The notes beneath the pieces were generated by a model. The model had not been told where the DNA came from, ran no database searches, and saw only the letters and a program-made list of their open reading frames with translations. A stretch of DNA of 25,206 bases from a virus (Duplodnaviria > Caudoviricetes), in the IMG/VR virus record IMGVR_UViG_3300031999_000176, positions 1 through 25,206 of that record. One strand, 5' to 3'. The translations under genes were made by a program, and so were the position numbers. Shown here one piece after another: positions 23,456 through 25,206 of this stretch; the first letter of the stretch is position 1, and each line of letters starts with the position of its first letter.

Positions 23456-25206
23456 CTACTTAATTGGTTGCATCTTTTGTGTATTTGGATCGTATACACC
23501 ACGAACTGTTGGAGTTGATTTAGAACCTCCTCCAAATATATCATACCAGTGTGACTCTGGTTTTGCTACAGGTGCTGCTACATTAGACCCTGGCGTTGCT
23601 TTATAACCAGACTCTACATCATATGTATCTGGTGCGGCATAGGTTGTTAAGTACTTACCTATTGGACTCTTAGATACAGTATTATATGCATGACGATAAG
23701 CATCTGCATTTAATTTAAGTGGATCAATTTCAGTCATGTTAGTTGCAGCAATCTTTGTTTGCTCTTTGATGTAGTTATCTCTATTTCTTTCAAATTGATT
23801 AATAGCTAGTTGAGCGTTTTTGGTATCTTTATCATTTTGCAAGAATGCATTATTGTATTTAAGTTGATCTGCTCTTAACTTAGCATTTTCTTGGGCTGCA
23901 TTAGCGCTGATAGCAAGACCAATCATTCTAGCTTGGGCTGCTTCATCTGCTTGTGCTGCAAGTAATTCTGATTTGGTAATATCAGATTGTCTTGTTGCGA
24001 GATCTTTTGCTGACTCTGCTTGTGATTTGCCGTATGCTTCACCAGCTTCACCTAATGCTCTAGTAAAGAACGGAGATTTGCTTGCTAATAAAGAACTGCC
24101 TAAGCTAAGCCATTTGTTTGACTCTTGTCCTTTTTTAGCTAGTTCCATAGCATCTCTTTGTGCTTGTACATCTTTCATAATAGCATCAGATACACCTGGT
24201 CCTTTATTAGATAGTTGGCTAAATAAGAACTTGTCTACGTTAAATGCTTTTTCTTTAGTTCTTGGGTTGATGTCAAAGTATTGGTCTGCTGGATCTTTAG
24301 CTTGAGGAACTACACCTTCATCTGCAAATGCAATAATACCACCACCTGCCATTTGAGTCATATTGTCTGTACCAATAGTGTCTAAGCCAGCTCTGTTTTG
24401 TGGCATCATAGCCATTTGTTCTGGGCTTGGTGGCATTTGACCTTGTAATGGTTGTGCAAAGATTTGTTTTGATTCTGGATTAGCTTTAATATAGTTTTGT
24501 AATCCAAGTTCACCCGTAGCTATAACTTTTTCTAATGGACTAGCTAACGGACTCTTCTCAACTTTTTTAAGTTGATCTTGGCTATAGCGTGACATAGGAA
24601 TGCCACCAGCGGCTTTGATTACGCCACCATCTTTTTTGCCACCACCAAACATACCGTAAGCTGTTGAAGCCAAACCAGCGGCTTGAGCCAATTGATTTGG
24701 AGGAGCTTGGTACATTTGTGTAGAGCTTTGTTGCATTGGTAAGCCACGGAGCATAGAATTGAGAAGACCCAATTGCATGAATGGATATTGCTGAGCTGTT
24801 GCGTAATTTTGAACTGCTTGATTGATAATGTTTTGTTGTTGTTGCTGTTGCTGACCACCGTATTGGTTTTGTAAGTTAGCAATACCTTGTTGTGCTGCAA
24901 GTTGTTGACCACCAATACCAGCTAATTGACCAGCACCGCCAAGCATGTTTTGATATGCTTGCATTTGACCTTGTTGACCTTGTAGCCCTAAGTTTGCACC
25001 AAATTGCTGTGCTTGCTGAGCTGCATCAAAAGCTTTATTGTAACCTTGACCAATGATTTGGTTTTGAGCTAACATTTGATTTTGTCTATTAAGACCAGAC
25101 ATAAGCGCTTCACGGCTACCACCAAAGGCACCAGATTGAGCTGCTTTACTTTGTTGTTGTTGACCAGCAATGTCGTATTGTTGGTTAGCTAATTGAAGCT
25201 GTGGGT
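23456..25206 (-). CDS. Gln/Gly/Ala-rich internal virion (ejection-type) protein, 5' end outside the window
   Basis: Frame stays open to the window end (...QQQQSKAAQSGAFGGSREALM...); GAFGGSR and MAGGGIIAFA motifs typical of podovirus-like ejection proteins. Confidence 0.7.
   Translation of the reverse strand, partial: PQLQLANQQYDIAGQQQQSKAAQSGAFGGSREALMSGLNRQNQMLAQNQIIGQGYNKAFDAAQQAQQFGANLGLQGQQGQMQAYQNMLGGAGQLAGIGGQQLAAQQGIANLQNQYGGQQQQQQQNIINQAVQNYATAQQYPFMQLGLLNSMLRGLPMQQSSTQMYQAPPNQLAQAAGLASTAYGMFGGGKKDGGVIKAAGGIPMSRYSQDQLKKVEKSPLASPLEKVIATGELGLQNYIKANPESKQIFAQPLQGQMPPSPEQMAMMPQNRAGLDTIGTDNMTQMAGGGIIAFADEGVVPQAKDPADQYFDINPRTKEKAFNVDKFLFSQLSNKGPGVSDAIMKDVQAQRDAMELAKKGQESNKWLSLGSSLLASKSPFFTRALGEAGEAYGKSQAESAKDLATRQSDITKSELLAAQADEAAQARMIGLAISANAAQENAKLRADQLKYNNAFLQNDKDTKNAQLAINQFERNRDNYIKEQTKIAATNMTEIDPLKLNADAYRHAYNTVSKSPIGKYLTTYAAPDTYDVESGYKATPGSNVAAPVAKPESHWYDIFGGGSKSTPTVRGVYDPNTQKMQPIK

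Noticed and set aside
16818-24915. Short track ORFs within the two large virion genes
   Set aside because: Antisense or off-frame by-products of codon bias, with no SD or motif support
24830-25190. TTG/TGC triplet runs
   Set aside because: Encode Gln-rich tracts of the ejection-type protein

Overview
A 25 kb slice of an AT-rich tailed dsDNA phage genome. The likely host is a Methylophilaceae methylotroph, inferred from a Methylophilaceae-type pqqA. Layout: (1) 1-3149, + strand cluster of small, mostly acidic, early-type hypothetical genes; (2) a lone SleB-type cell wall hydrolase; (3) a - strand replication operon (TOPRIM primase, PD-(D/E)XK-like protein, SF2 helicase, C5 cytosine methyltransferase with a nested alternative-frame gene, small ORFs); (4) an ~870 bp region (8950-9880) that the ORF track leaves almost empty but which holds a structured leader RNA, a promoter-to-terminator ~115 nt sRNA with anti-Shine-Dalgarno loops matching the phage's own ribosome binding sites, a palindrome array, and a self-contained + strand pqqA (PQQ precursor peptide) cassette; (5) a - strand recombination/auxiliary operon (DUF1289, metallophosphoesterase, SprT-like, YbcO-like, RHH, SSB-like, ERF, DUF3310, PD-(D/E)XK exonuclease); (6) a divergent, apparently leaderless rusA; (7) two virion/ejection-type genes, one a 2219 aa polyvalent protein (metallopeptidase + ADP-ribosyltransferase-like + LPD38-like). 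All family calls come from motif recognition by eye; no searches were run.
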